Shown here piece after piece: positions 52,721 through 64,000 of a stretch of 64,000 nt of DNA. Under the pieces are notes generated by a model, which ran no database searches, was not told the origin of the DNA, and worked only from the letters and a program-made list of their open reading frames with translations. A program made the translations under genes and the position numbers. How positions within the stretch are numbered: the first letter of the stretch is position 1; the number at the start of each line of letters is the position of its first letter. This DNA is from Octopus bimaculoides (taxonomy: Eukaryota): assembly GCF_001194135.2 (NCBI RefSeq), contig NC_068986.1, forward strand, positions 52,140,833 to 52,204,832, in the 5' to 3' direction.

Positions 52721-54199
52721 AACGCAGTTATTTACAGTGAGGTATTATAACACACACACACACACGCACACATTATATGTGAAATATATATATACGTAAA
52801 CACAATAATATAATCAATAAAAACACACATACATACATATATATGTATATATATATATATGCATATGCATATGTATGTGTATCAAAAATATGTGTTTATG
52901 TGAGTATATATATATATTAATATAGAAAACGGAATAAAAATGAGGAGGCGACATTATCAATGACATCTTTAGCTTAGGCTGACATACCCCATACGTTGTT
53001 TTATGCATAATTCATCGACTAAAATACCACAGACAAAGAAAAATTAGGAGCCATGTTAAACTTTTCAATGACAGAATTCTGGCTTTTAACACAATAGCAT
53101 GGCACCTAATTCCTTTTTTATGGTACTTTTCTCGATCAAATGCAGAATCAGTTGAATATGCATGTAGCCATGTGCAGCGCTTGGATTATGCTAGTATATT
53201 TGAAACGCGTGCAAGCTAAACAAATCGTTGATAACGGTTCTTTATTCTTTATACATCTCCATGTATACTCTGTTATTAATACATAGAATTTAATTGGTGT
53301 TCGAGCTCGGATTTACAAATTGTGCCTGTCATATGGATTGCTGAACAATTTAGTTAGCCGGGTTGGATTTCTACATAGTGCTTAAGGGGGCATGCGCCTG
53401 GTTTTATTTAGTCTCTATTTCTTTCAGCACCTAATAACTTATAAGCATCTAATTATTAAAGTGGAAAAAATATCATAAAAGTCATTTCTATACATTTTGT
53501 ACACACACACGCACGCACACAACACATATGTGTATGTATGTATGTATATATAATTCGACTGTAAAGTAACAGAAAATTACTTTACAGTCGAGAGTTTCAT
53601 GCACTAAAACCAGAATGCACATAGCTCTAGTCCTTTGAACGATTTGTGTGTTTTACAGCCGAACAAACCGAATATCCATATACATACTCTTACGTTTTGA
53701 ATTTTACATCTGTTGCTGGCTCCACCAAACCTGTGTTTATATATATATATAATAAAAGTGAAGTAAATAACAATTAAATTAGGGCTTACGATTGAGAAAC
53801 ATAGAAAAGTGAAATGTATTTTTAAATTGTCTGTAAAAATGATTATCGCATGTAAACAGAAAGGGAGAAAAGAAAACAGGCAAGAGAAGAAAAAGAAAGC
53901 TACAGGTAAGAAAAATATTGAAATAAAAGTATAAAAGAAAACCTGAAAATAAAGGTGAAAACACAAATCATCATACACAACATTCATAGTGTTAAGTTGT
54001 AGCATTTACTTTCTGTTTATTTCTCATTTAATTTGTTTTCGTTTTTTGTTTTTTTTTTTTCATTCTGTTTTCTTTCAGTCATTTGTATTCTATTTCTTTA
54101 TTTCTGATTAATGATTGTTTTGCCAGACATCTTTTGCTTTATATCATAATTCTACAAATATCATGCTTAATATTTTGATAACATAATTCTGTTTCATTT

Positions 54200-54420
54200 C
54201 ATTTTTCTCTTTTATTCTTTTACTTGTTTCAGTCATTTGACAGAGGCCATGCTGGAGCACCGTATTTAGTCAAACAAATCGATCCCAGGACTTATTCGTT
54301 GTAAACCTAGTACTAATTCTATCGTTCTCTTTTACAGAACCGCTAAGTTATGGGAACGTAAACACACCAAAATCGGTTGTCAAGCAATGGTGGTGGAGAG
54401 AGAAACACTGACACACAAAT
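54200..54420 (-). mobile_element. SINE family A, 3' half
   Basis: cttttacttgtttcagtcatttgac..ggccatgctggagcaccg..gtaaacacacc. Confidence 0.85.
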
Positions 54421-54648
54421 ACATGCATATACATGTGTGTATTTGTGTGTGTGTGTGTATGTGTGTGTGTGTGTGTGTATGTGTGTGTGTGTGTATATAT
54501 ATATATGAAAGGTACTGGTATCTAGAAGACTCAAAGAGTGGCAGGTAACGTTAAGTAAGTGCTATGGTCAAACCGTAGTTAAACTCTTGGTTCGATAGTG
54601 ATACGAGTGAGGGGTCTAATATGGGTCTTGTATTAGCATGCGTATATA

Positions 54649-54967
54649 TATTAGACAAAATTGGATAACAAAACTAAAGCAGCGAGGAGTTTTCAGGACA
54701 TTTATAGGGAAAAATATATAGATATAGTCTTACAGCTGTTTCTGGGATATTATGGATAATTCCTTCATCAGAAACGATGTGAGATTGTTAAATACAGGTA
54801 AATATTTGAGTTCGAAATAAGGACTTATTATGGAAAAGGAGGAGATGGGGAATATAGAGTGAAGGGATATGCACAATATCCCAGAAACAGCTCTCTGACT
54901 ATATATCTCTTTCCTTATAAATGTCCAGAAAACTTTTCATGCCCTTGACTTTGTTATCTCATTTTGC

Positions 54968-54973
<6 letters not shown>
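54649..54973. mobile_element. Fold-back element with ~100-bp inverted arms, each a hammerhead-like motif plus ~85-nt tail, embedded in (TA)n
   Basis: Left arm 54649-54751 is the imperfect reverse complement of 54875-54973 (..ggacatttata.ggaaa..atatagtc..agctgtttctgggatatt). Confidence 0.85.
54727..54775 (-). ncRNA. Minimal type I hammerhead ribozyme-like motif with palindromic stem III
   Basis: Minus-strand RNA: GUUU CUGAUGA AGGAAUUAUCCAUAAUAUCCCA GAAA CAGCUG UA AGAC. Stem I GUUU/AGAC, stem II GGA-AUUA/UAAU-UCC, GUA cleavage triplet. Atypical A.A apposition at the base of stem II. Confidence 0.55.
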
Positions 54974-55000
<27 letters not shown>

Positions 55001-55003
<3 letters not shown>

Positions 55004-55120
55004 GGGTGTATGAAAAGACTTGAGCCTCAAACAAAAAACATGGTACAAAAATTGTGATGAAGGTACAAGACTTCAAGGGTCAAAGGCATTGAAGGCTCAA
55101 AACTTTTCATGCACCCCTCG
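55001..55120. mobile_element. Mini mariner-like MITE (~120 bp, ~28-bp TIRs)
   Basis: GAGGGGTGTATGAAAAGACTTGAGCCT versus reverse complement of right end CGAGGGGTGCATGAAAAGTTTTGAGCCT; (TA)n on the left. Confidence 0.8.
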
Positions 55121-55658
55121 TGTGTATATATATACATACATACATACATACATACATACATACATANNNNNNNNNNNNNNNNNNNNNNNNNNNNNNNNNN
55201 NNNNNNNNNNNNNNNNNNNNNNNNNNNNNNNNNNNNNNNNNNNNNNNNNNNNNNNNNNNNNNNNNNNNNNNNNNNNNNNNNNNNNNNNNNNNNNNNNNNN
55301 NNNNNNNNNNNNNNNNNNNNNNNNNNNNNNNNNNNNNNNNNNNNNNNNNNNNNNNNNNNNNNNNNNNNNNNNNNNNNNNNNNNNNNNNNNNNNNNNNNNN
55401 NNNNNNNNNNNNNNNNNNNNNNNNNNNNNNNNNNNNNNNNNNNNNNNNNNNNNNNNNNNNNNNNNNNNNNNNNNNNNNNNNNNNNNNNNNNNNNNNNNNN
55501 NNNNNNNNNNNNNNNNNNNNNNNNNNNNNNNNNNNNNNNNNNNNNNNNNNNNNNNNNNNNNNNNNNNNNNNNNNNNNNNNNNNNNNNNNNNNNNNNNNNN
55601 NNNNNNNNNNNNNNNNNNNNNNNNNNNNNNNNNNNNNNNNNNNNNNNNNNNNNNNNNN

Positions 55659-55691
<33 letters not shown>

Positions 55692-55842
55692 CATGTATGT
55701 GTGTGACTATGCATGTATGTGATTGTGAGAGTGTGTTAGCATGTGTGAGTATATGTGCGTGTTTTATTGTTTGTGTGTGTATGTACATATTCCTATACAC
55801 AGATGAATATTTATCTGTCTATATCTATCTAATCATATATAC

Positions 55843-56090
55843 TTTTATTCTTTTATTATTTTACTTGTTTCAGTCATTTGACTGCAGCCATACTGGAGTA
55901 CCAGCTTAAGGGGTTTTAGTCGAACAAATCAACGCCAGGACTAATTCCATGTAAGCCTAGTACTTATTCTATCAGCCTCTTTTGTCGAACAGCTAAATTG
56001 CGTGAACATAAACACACCAGCATTTGTTGTCAAGTGATGGCGTTGTGGGGGACAAACATTGACACATATATATACATATATATATGTATG

Positions 56091-56122
<32 letters not shown>

Positions 56123-56301
56123 TATATATACATACACGACGGGCTTCTTTCAGTTTCTGTCTACCGAGACTACTCACAAGGTTTTGGTCGACCCGAAGCT
56201 ATAGTAGGAGACACTTGCCCAGGGTGCCACGAGGTGGGACTGAACGCGGAATCGTGTGATTTGTAAGCAAGCTTCTTACCACACAGCCAAGCCTGCGCCT
56301 A
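55843..56301 (-). mobile_element. SINE family A, full length
   Basis: Tail, body, internal (CA)n and head (cttaccacacagccaagcctgcgcct) are all present. Confidence 0.88.
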
Positions 56302-56410
56302 CACACACACACACACACATATATATACATATATATATAAACATATATATATACATTTACATATATATATATACATACATATATACATACATATATACGG
56401 ACACGCACAC

Positions 56411-56442
<32 letters not shown>

Positions 56443-57134
56443 ATGCATATATATGTATATACATATATATGTATGAATGCATATACATACATATATGTAT
56501 GTATGTATATATGTATTACTTAAAGATCTGCTTGGTCGCATATGCTTTTGTTGTTTCTGAATATGTAAATATGGGGTTTGAAAAGGAACATAGGTTTATA
56601 AGAAATATAACCTGAACTCGAGAGATGTTTAACCAAATTCCATACTCTGCCCTCTCAATATACAAAAATAAGATCTGAGCACCTCATTTCAGTGCGTTCT
56701 ATTTAATTTCTGTTCTGACTTTTACTACAATTTCAATATATTACCAAAAAGTAGATATGAAAAAAAAAAAAAAAAGAACAGACAAAACGAGAACCCAAGC
56801 ACGTATGGGGATAAAACTCAACTGATAGGGAATGCTATCTATTAATTTCTAGGGAGTTCAGATAATTCCAATTTGCATTAAGAAAGTAGATAATTTGACG
56901 AATATTCTGATTAGGGTATTGCTTCCATATAGCAATTAGTATCATTGTGATTAACGACCGAGGAAGAATATTTTAACGTTTGTTGAAGATGTATTCGAGA
57001 TCAACGTCTTTGTCGTAGGCCTGTATTTTTCATTTTTCTTGTTCCTGATGTTGCTCTTTTTCTCCTACACACTTTCGCCCCTCTTTCTATACATATAGAA
57101 ATACACATACATGTATACATCTCTACATTGTTGC

Positions 57135-57260
<126 letters not shown>

Positions 57261-57299
57261 ACACACACATACATGTATGCATATATACATACATATATA

Positions 57300-57496
57300 T
57301 TCTTTTATTGTTTTACTTTTTCAGTCATTTGACTGCTGCCATGTTGGAGCACCACCTTCAATAAAAAAAATGGATTCCAAGATTTATTCTTTGTAAACCT
57401 AGTATTTATTCTGTCGGTTTTTTGCCGAACCACTAAATTATGAGGACGTAAACACACCAGCATCGGTTGTCAAGCGATGTTTGGGGGACAAACAGA

Positions 57497-57542
<46 letters not shown>

Positions 57543-57712
57543 TATACGACGGGCTTCTTTCAGTTTCCGTCTACCAAGTCCACTCACTAGGCTTTAGACG
57601 GACCGAGGCTATAGCAGAAGATACTTGCCCAAGTTGCCATGCAGTAAGACTGAACCTGGAACCATGTGATTGGAAAGCCAGCTTATTATCACACAGCTAC
57701 TGCTGCTCCTAT
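57300..57712 (-). mobile_element. SINE family A, full length
   Basis: Same layout with internal (CA)n. Confidence 0.88.
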
Positions 57713-58014
57713 GACTGATTAGAAAAACGGAGAGAAAAAAAAAGGAAGAAAAAAATAACAACAACGTGCGGACGTAGCACATGCAAAGTATAATTAAGAC
57801 CCTTAGAGAAGGAAGAAAGAGTGTTTGTTTTATGTTTCGAGCAAAGTTCTTCTTCGGACACAGGAGACATAGGAAAGTACAACAGAAAAGGAAGAAGGAG
57901 GGAAAAATCGCCAACAGTCCATGTGTAGTTATATCTTTGAAATGATCGGAAGTAGATGGCTAAAGAGAAAGTGCTTTCTGGGACAGGAGAGTGTAAAGAA
58001 TGTTTGATATCTAA

Positions 58015-58470
58015 GTCTATGTGTATGCGCGTGCGTGTGTGTGGTGGCATGTGTGTATGTGTGTGTATGGTAGCCTGTGTGTGTATGGTAGCGCGTGTGT
58101 GTGTGTGTGGTAGCAACTGAGTGTTTGTTTGTGTGTGGTAGCGTGTGTGCGTGTAGTGGTGGTGGCATATGTGTTTGTGAAAGCGTGTGTGTATGGTAGC
58201 GTGTGTGTGTGTGTGTGTGTGTGTGTGAATATGTGTAAGGGTGCGTGTGTGTGTTTCACTCTCTGTGTTACTCTCTCTGTGTATATGTATGTGTGTATGT
58301 GTGTTCGTTTGTGCGTGTGGGGATGTGTGTGTATGTGCATGTGTATATATATGTGTATGTGCGTGTGAGTGAGTGTGGAAGTGTATGTACGCGTGTGTAT
58401 GCAGGTATGTACATGTATGTATGCGTTGTGTGTGTGGAGGTATATGTGCGTTCATGTGTGTGCATGAAAA
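58015..58470. repeat. Degenerate (TG)-rich satellite with recurring TGGTAGC units
   Basis: gtgt(a/g)tggtagc recurs several times among TG runs. Confidence 0.75.
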
Positions 58471-58644
58471 GATAATTATAAATATGTACATAAATGTTTA
58501 TATACATACCTATATTTATATGTATGAAACGATTAGAAATGTTTGAAGTGTTACAAAATACGTCAGTGATTGGTTGAAATTACCGAAATACGAAAAGTTT
58601 TTACGTGAAATAACTTCGAATACAAAATTGTTTATCTGTTCTAT

Positions 58645-59431
58645 AATTTGTAGGCGATCCTTCATTCAATATCATCATGTTTGAAAACATGCGAAAAACT
58701 TGCTTGAATTCATGCCCTAGAGACATGGCTTGCCAACATTATATTCACTATAATCGNNNNNNNNNNNNNNNNNNNNNNNNNNNNNNNNNNNNNNNNNNNN
58801 NNNNNNNNNNNNNNNNNNNNNNNNNNNNNNNNNNNNNNNNNNNNNNNNNNNNNNNNNNNNNNNNNNNNNNNNNNNNNNNNNNNNNNNNNNNNNNNNNNNN
58901 NNNNNNNNNNNNNNNNNNNNNNNNNNNNNNNNNNNNNNNNNNNNNNNNNNNNNNNNNNNNNNNNNNNNNNNNNNNNNNNNNNNNNNNNNNNNNNNNNNNN
59001 NNNNNNNNNNNNNNNNNNNNNNNNNNNNNNNNNNNNNNNNNNNNNNNNNNNNNNNNNNNNNNNNNNNNNNNNNNNNCGAAGTTTGAAAGTGTTTCGGTAC
59101 CAAAAACACTACATAAAACATAAATGAAAAATGTTGCCCGTCAAACCAAAAGGATCCGATATTTTCCTGTATTTGTGGGCGGTGATTTCAGTAGATCTAT
59201 TAGAACTCTTGTCGTGGTCTTGTAGCTGAAAACATGTGTTTAAGCGATTCCATTGTGAAATAAAGTAATATAATTTAATCTATGAATAATTGCAAATATA
59301 AAAAGACATAGATATAATACGATTATAGTGAATATAATGTTGGCAAGCCATGTCTCTAGGGCATGAATTCAAGCAAGTTTTTCGCATGTTTTCAAACATG
59401 ATGATATTGAATGAAGGATCGCCTACAAATT
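58645..59431. repeat. Perfect 112-bp inverted repeat spanning an N gap (long-TIR DNA element or assembly artefact)
   Basis: 58645-58756 equals the reverse complement of 59320-59431 with no mismatch seen; the left arm ends exactly at the gap. Confidence 0.85.
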
Positions 59432-59475
59432 TTTGAAGTGAGACAAAATTTATTATAATAATAATGTGTATAATA

Positions 59476-60017
59476 TCTGTAATAATAAAAGCGAATTTCT
59501 GTCTGTCTGTCCGTCTGGGACCCCTATATCTCAGCCTACATTTACTATACATAGATATATTATAGTTTATTTGGAATCAAGATGATCCCGGGACTGAAAA
59601 TCTGCCCTTCATTTGGGTCTTGAACATCCAGCATTGGGACTTGATTTAAAAGCATTTGGGTTGCTATTTCTAGTAGGTAAAGTTTGGTGGATTTGCGCCA
59701 TCTTGGTGGGGTGACTCAGTTGATGTTAGAGATCAAGGGGGAGATAAATGATATTCGTTTCGTTAATTTTACGTAGACAAGGCCTTTGGGACAAATTGGT
59801 CAACATTTGGAATTCAACTAGGGACTGGAACAATAGAGTGATTGCATTACAGAATTAATTCTCATTCGCACTTAAACTCTGATCAAACACCACCGGGGCA
59901 TAGAGTCATTATAGACGTATTACAGTCAGGTTATTTTGCTGCCTTTAGTTCTGGGCCGTAGGCCTAATTAGCACCCCATAAGAGTCCGCACGGAGTGCGG
60001 ATTTTGTATGTAACTAT
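59476..60017 (+). mobile_element. Probable non-autonomous Helitron
   Basis: 5' a/TCTGTAATAATAAAAG followed by (CTGT)n; 3' GC-rich hairpin TCCGCAC-GGA-GTGCGGA (59985-60001), then CTAT 12 nt later (one mismatch to CTAG); no TIR. Confidence 0.5.
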
Positions 60018-60057
60018 CTATTCATAAATCTGTTTATCCATCTATGTCTCTACCTCA

Positions 60058-60117
<60 letters not shown>

Positions 60118-60119
60118 TT

Positions 60120-61900
60120 TAGCCCATGCCGTCAAGCAGCGCCTCCGTCGTGGGACGTTGGACTGACGGTCCGGTTGAGTTGCTCGGAGTCTGGTTTGGT
60201 ACGGACTTCCAAACGGAGAAGAACTGGGACGAGATAACGAGAAGAGTGGCCACTCTAGCCCGGCAATGGGCCGAGAGGAAGCTGTCCCTAAAAGGTCGGG
60301 CGGAGGTGGCGAACACGTACATCGCGTCCGTCATCTACTACCGCCTGACCGTCGTTCCTTGTCCCGACCCTACCANNNNNNNNNNNNNNNNNNNNNNNNN
60401 NNNNNNNNNNNNNNNNNNNNNNNNNNNNNNNNNNNNNNNNNNNNNNNNNNNNNNNNNNNNNNNNNNNNNNNNNNNNNNNNNNNNNNNNNNNNNNNNNNNN
60501 NNNNNNNNNNNNNNNNNNNNNNNNNNNNNNNNNNNNNNNNNNNNNNNNNNNNNNNNNNNNNNNNNNNNNNNNNNNNNNNNNNNNNNNNNNNNNNNNNNNN
60601 NNNNNNNNNNNNNNNNNNNNNNNNNNNNNNNNNNNNNNNNNNNNNNNNNNNNNNNNNNNNNNNNNNNNNNNNNNNNNNNNNNNNNNNNNNNNNNNNNNNN
60701 NNNNNNNNNNNNNNNNNNNNNNNNNNNNNNNNNNNNNNNNNNNNNNNNNNNNNNNNNNNNNNNNNNNNNNNNNNNNNNNNNNNNNNNNNNNNNNNNNNNN
60801 NNNNNNNNNNNNNNNNNNNNNNNNNNNNNNNNNNNNNNNNNNNNNNCTGCATTACAACTAACGCATTCTATAGTGGATTAGTGGAGGGAAGGTACGACGA
60901 CGATCTCGGGGCGATCCTGGGCGTCGACGAGGAATACCTGACCCGCCTGTTTAAGACGACCTTCGGGCCGGGACCTATGGACAACTTCCAGAGATCCCTG
61001 GCCTGACAATGCTATCGAGAAGCACTACCCGTTCGGGATAAGCTCTACAGGCATGGCTCGAGTAACACGGGGCCGACCTGTCCGAGATGCGGGCAGAGCG
61101 ACGAAACCGTTCTGCACGCACTCGTACAATGTCCTACCATTTCCGAGCTGTGGGCTTAAGTCGAACAACTGCTATCGCATGTTGGACGAGTCGGTCTATC
61201 AGCCGAGTCTATCGTGAATGTTGTCGCGCCTCCTTCCTTTAAAACGGAAGGAAGGAAGAGCTATTTTCATCGTACTTGTGGCTATGGCGAAAGAATGTGT
61301 ATGGTGGACGCGTCTGAAATGTCTAGAGACAAAGACTTTCCTCTCTGGGCAATCTCTCATCAACTTCTTCCAGTATCACCTGAAGAGGAAGGTGAGAGTA
61401 GAAAGGGAAGTCTTGTCTAGTGAATGCTTCAAAAAAAGATGGGTGGATGTAGCAAGGATGGCACGTGTGAATGACGGAGGCACCTTGAGCATAACACTAT
61501 AAAGGAGTAAAAAAAATCCAGAAAAAAAAACAGGAAGGCAAAAGAGAGTCACTTACTGTTACAGTTCCTTCAATAACAATGACAACATTGACCAAGGTCA
61601 CCGTGGTCTTTTCCGTAGGCTTTTCTTTCCATGGCTAAACCTAAACTGTCCTCCCCTCTTTTTACACGAGAACATTACTGTGATACACGATCCCTATTGA
61701 TCTCTCTCCTTTTTTTTTCTCGATCCCTTTTGATCGAACTCCCCCTTTTTTCCTTCCTACGATCCCTTTTGATCGACACCCCCTACTTTTTTCTTTTTCT
61801 TTTTCTTTTCTTTTTGCCCCCTTCCCCCCTCCCAAAAAGAAAAGCTCTTCATTGTATTTGTCCCATCTTTGTTGAGCCCTGTGTGGCTAATAAAAGAAAC
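60120..61900 (+). mobile_element. L1/Tx1-like LINE, 5'-truncated ORF2 C-terminus plus 3' UTR (gap 60377-60846)
   Basis: VELLGVWFG..NWDEITRRV..WAERKLSLKGRAEVANTYIASVIYY; ALPVRDKL..CPRCGQSDETVLHALVQC (zf-RVT-type knuckle); stop at 61502; pyrimidine-rich UTR; AATAAA near 61890. Contains in-frame stops and a frameshift. Confidence 0.88.
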
Positions 61901-62733
61901 GTATGTATGTATGTATCTATCTATCTATCTCTCCCTCTCTGTCTCTCTCTCTATATATATATCTTTTACATACATACATAGATACATACAAACAAGCATA
62001 TATANNNNNNNNNNNNNNNNNNNNNNNNNNNNNNNNNNNNNNNNNNNNNNNNNNNNNNNNNNNNNNNNNNNNNNNNNNNNNNNNNNNNNNNNNNNNNNNN
62101 NNNNNNNNNNNNNNNNNNNNNNNNNNNNNNNNNNNNNNNNNNNNNNNNNNNNNNNNNNNNNNNNNNNNNNNNNNNNNNNNNNNNNNNNNNNNNNNNNNNN
62201 NNNNNNNNNNNNNNNNATATATATATACATATATATATTTGTATGTTTTCAAACTTGGGAATGTTTTCGTCTGTGTGGATAACATTGTGAAGGCTATTTT
62301 CTCAGTGAACAAATACAAGGGTTAAAACAGGAACATTCGTAGTTTTATCAAAAACAAGATGGAAAGAAAAGAATATTGGCCAGCCTATTGAATCAACAAC
62401 GTTGAATCATTTCTGAATGCAGTGAGTAATCAATGAGTTGTCTCCAAATCATAGTGTTGCAGAAGGTAAGTCTCAGCGGAATATATCCAGACAACATTTG
62501 GTTTTAGTGAAATCCAATAAAATATTGTCTGGAATTCATATGTAAAATTGAACACACATAATCTGCCTTTTACTATCATCATGCTTCCATTAGTCATCCA
62601 AATCAGGCAGAATAATGACAATAAATCGAAGAGAGAAATCACTTTAATGATATCTATTTCCATATAACGTTGTCTATTTGGTATACGTACACACACATGA
62701 AAACACACACACACATACACACATGTATTTTTT

Positions 62734-62783
<50 letters not shown>

Positions 62784-63139
62784 CATACATATACATATAC
62801 ATATATGTGTGAGTATACATATATATGTATATAAAGTGTGTTTACATATATATATGTATGCATATATATATGTATATATATATTATACTATGAGACATGA
62901 ACGAAAGTGAATGTGTAGATATACGTACATATATATATAAATGCATATGAGTTTGTTGGGTCTGTGCATTTATAGATATACATCTATAATTACAGTACAT
63001 TGAATGGAGATATGTATATACACCATACGTACTTGCATATATATAGGTACAGTACTATTTCTATACGTATGCATGTGCCTGATGGATATATGTGTATGCG
63101 CCTATGTACATAAGCACAAATACATATAGACATATACAT

Positions 63140-63170
<31 letters not shown>

Positions 63171-63761
63171 CATACATACATTTATATATATATATATATA
63201 TATACATATACACATGTTCATATACTGCTGCACATATATAGTTCCCTCTATATCCCTCTATAAGAGTTCCGTATAATATATGTATTTGTGGGTCTGTGTA
63301 CATATGTATATATGCACATATATGCATACATATACGCATACACACCTATCTATAAATGAATGTACTTAAGTTAATAGCTACAAAACATTATCTCTTTTAT
63401 GTTTATGTATGTGAGAGTATGTATCAATAGATAACGCTATGCAAACGCGTATATGTGATACAAAATTATCCTATCAGTAGGTTATGCTACTGATTCACAC
63501 TATATAACAATAATATCTATACCATGATAGAAATTTATCACCCAATAAACATTATCAGTCACTTTTTTGTCAGCTATATAGAGTTAGGTCCATTAATCGC
63601 TAGCCAAGTGAAGAGAGCTGAATATCGAGTGGGCGGAAATGATTCCTTACAATATTTAGTGATGCTTTTCCAAACATTTAAGTTTGAATCATGAGATGAT
63701 GAGGAAGGTGGTTTTACTGCTCAGGCTTCTCTCTGCTGTGATTCAATCGCTTACACACTAA

Positions 63762-63885
63762 CAGTGACCCCATAATTATCCGAAAAATACAGACCGTGAA
63801 CTCTTAAGACTGACGGCAATTTCGGTGTTCCGCTATTTCTGGGCCTGTTTCTCGATCAGTATTTTTCGGACATTTATAGTCCCTG
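63762..63885. mobile_element. Small MITE with ~33-bp imperfect TIRs
   Basis: CAGTGACCCCATAATTATCCGAAAAATACAGACCG versus reverse complement CAGGGACTATAAATGTCCGAAAAATACTGATCG. Confidence 0.65.
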
Positions 63886-64000
63886 TTAATGTATGTTTTC
63901 ATTCATGTGCGTTAACTACAGCATTAGAGCATTTTAGCTCTTCTTGCAATGTAGGTGTTTTTTAACACACTAGTCACATTTAGCGACAATAATATATATA

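Noticed and set aside
57709-58491. 260-aa His/Thr-rich ORF
   Set aside because: It is the translation of a degenerate (CA)n satellite; the other frames give equally low-complexity products.

Overview
This is eukaryotic, AT-rich, repeat-saturated draft-assembly DNA with many N gaps. Its SINE, LINE and microsatellite content resembles an Octopus (coleoid cephalopod) genome; that is recall-based inference, not a database result. I recognise no intact host gene, rRNA, true tRNA gene or CRISPR array. Most long ORFs in the supplied track are artefacts of N runs or microsatellites. The real coding signal is decayed retroelements: R4/Dong-like RLE LINE fragments (several ending in TAA repeats), at least four Penelope-like element (PLE) fragments (RT and/or GIY-YIG), an RTE LINE whose 3' part encodes tandem C2H2 fingers, and L1/Tx1-like fragments. 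Four tRNA-derived SINE families, several MITEs and a probable non-autonomous Helitron fill much of the rest. The most interesting signal is a ~325-bp fold-back element at 54.65-54.97 kb. Its arms carry minimal type I hammerhead-ribozyme-like motifs with a palindromic stem III: one has a near-complete core, the other is broken, and a decayed third copy lies at 19.15 kb. One plausible 57-nt host exon lies at 43007-43063. I see no strong evidence for a wholly new multi-gene system. The novelty candidates are TE-level: the ribozyme element, target-site preferences, nested and inverted architectures, and unclassified repeats. Coordinates of decayed elements are approximate and read by eye.
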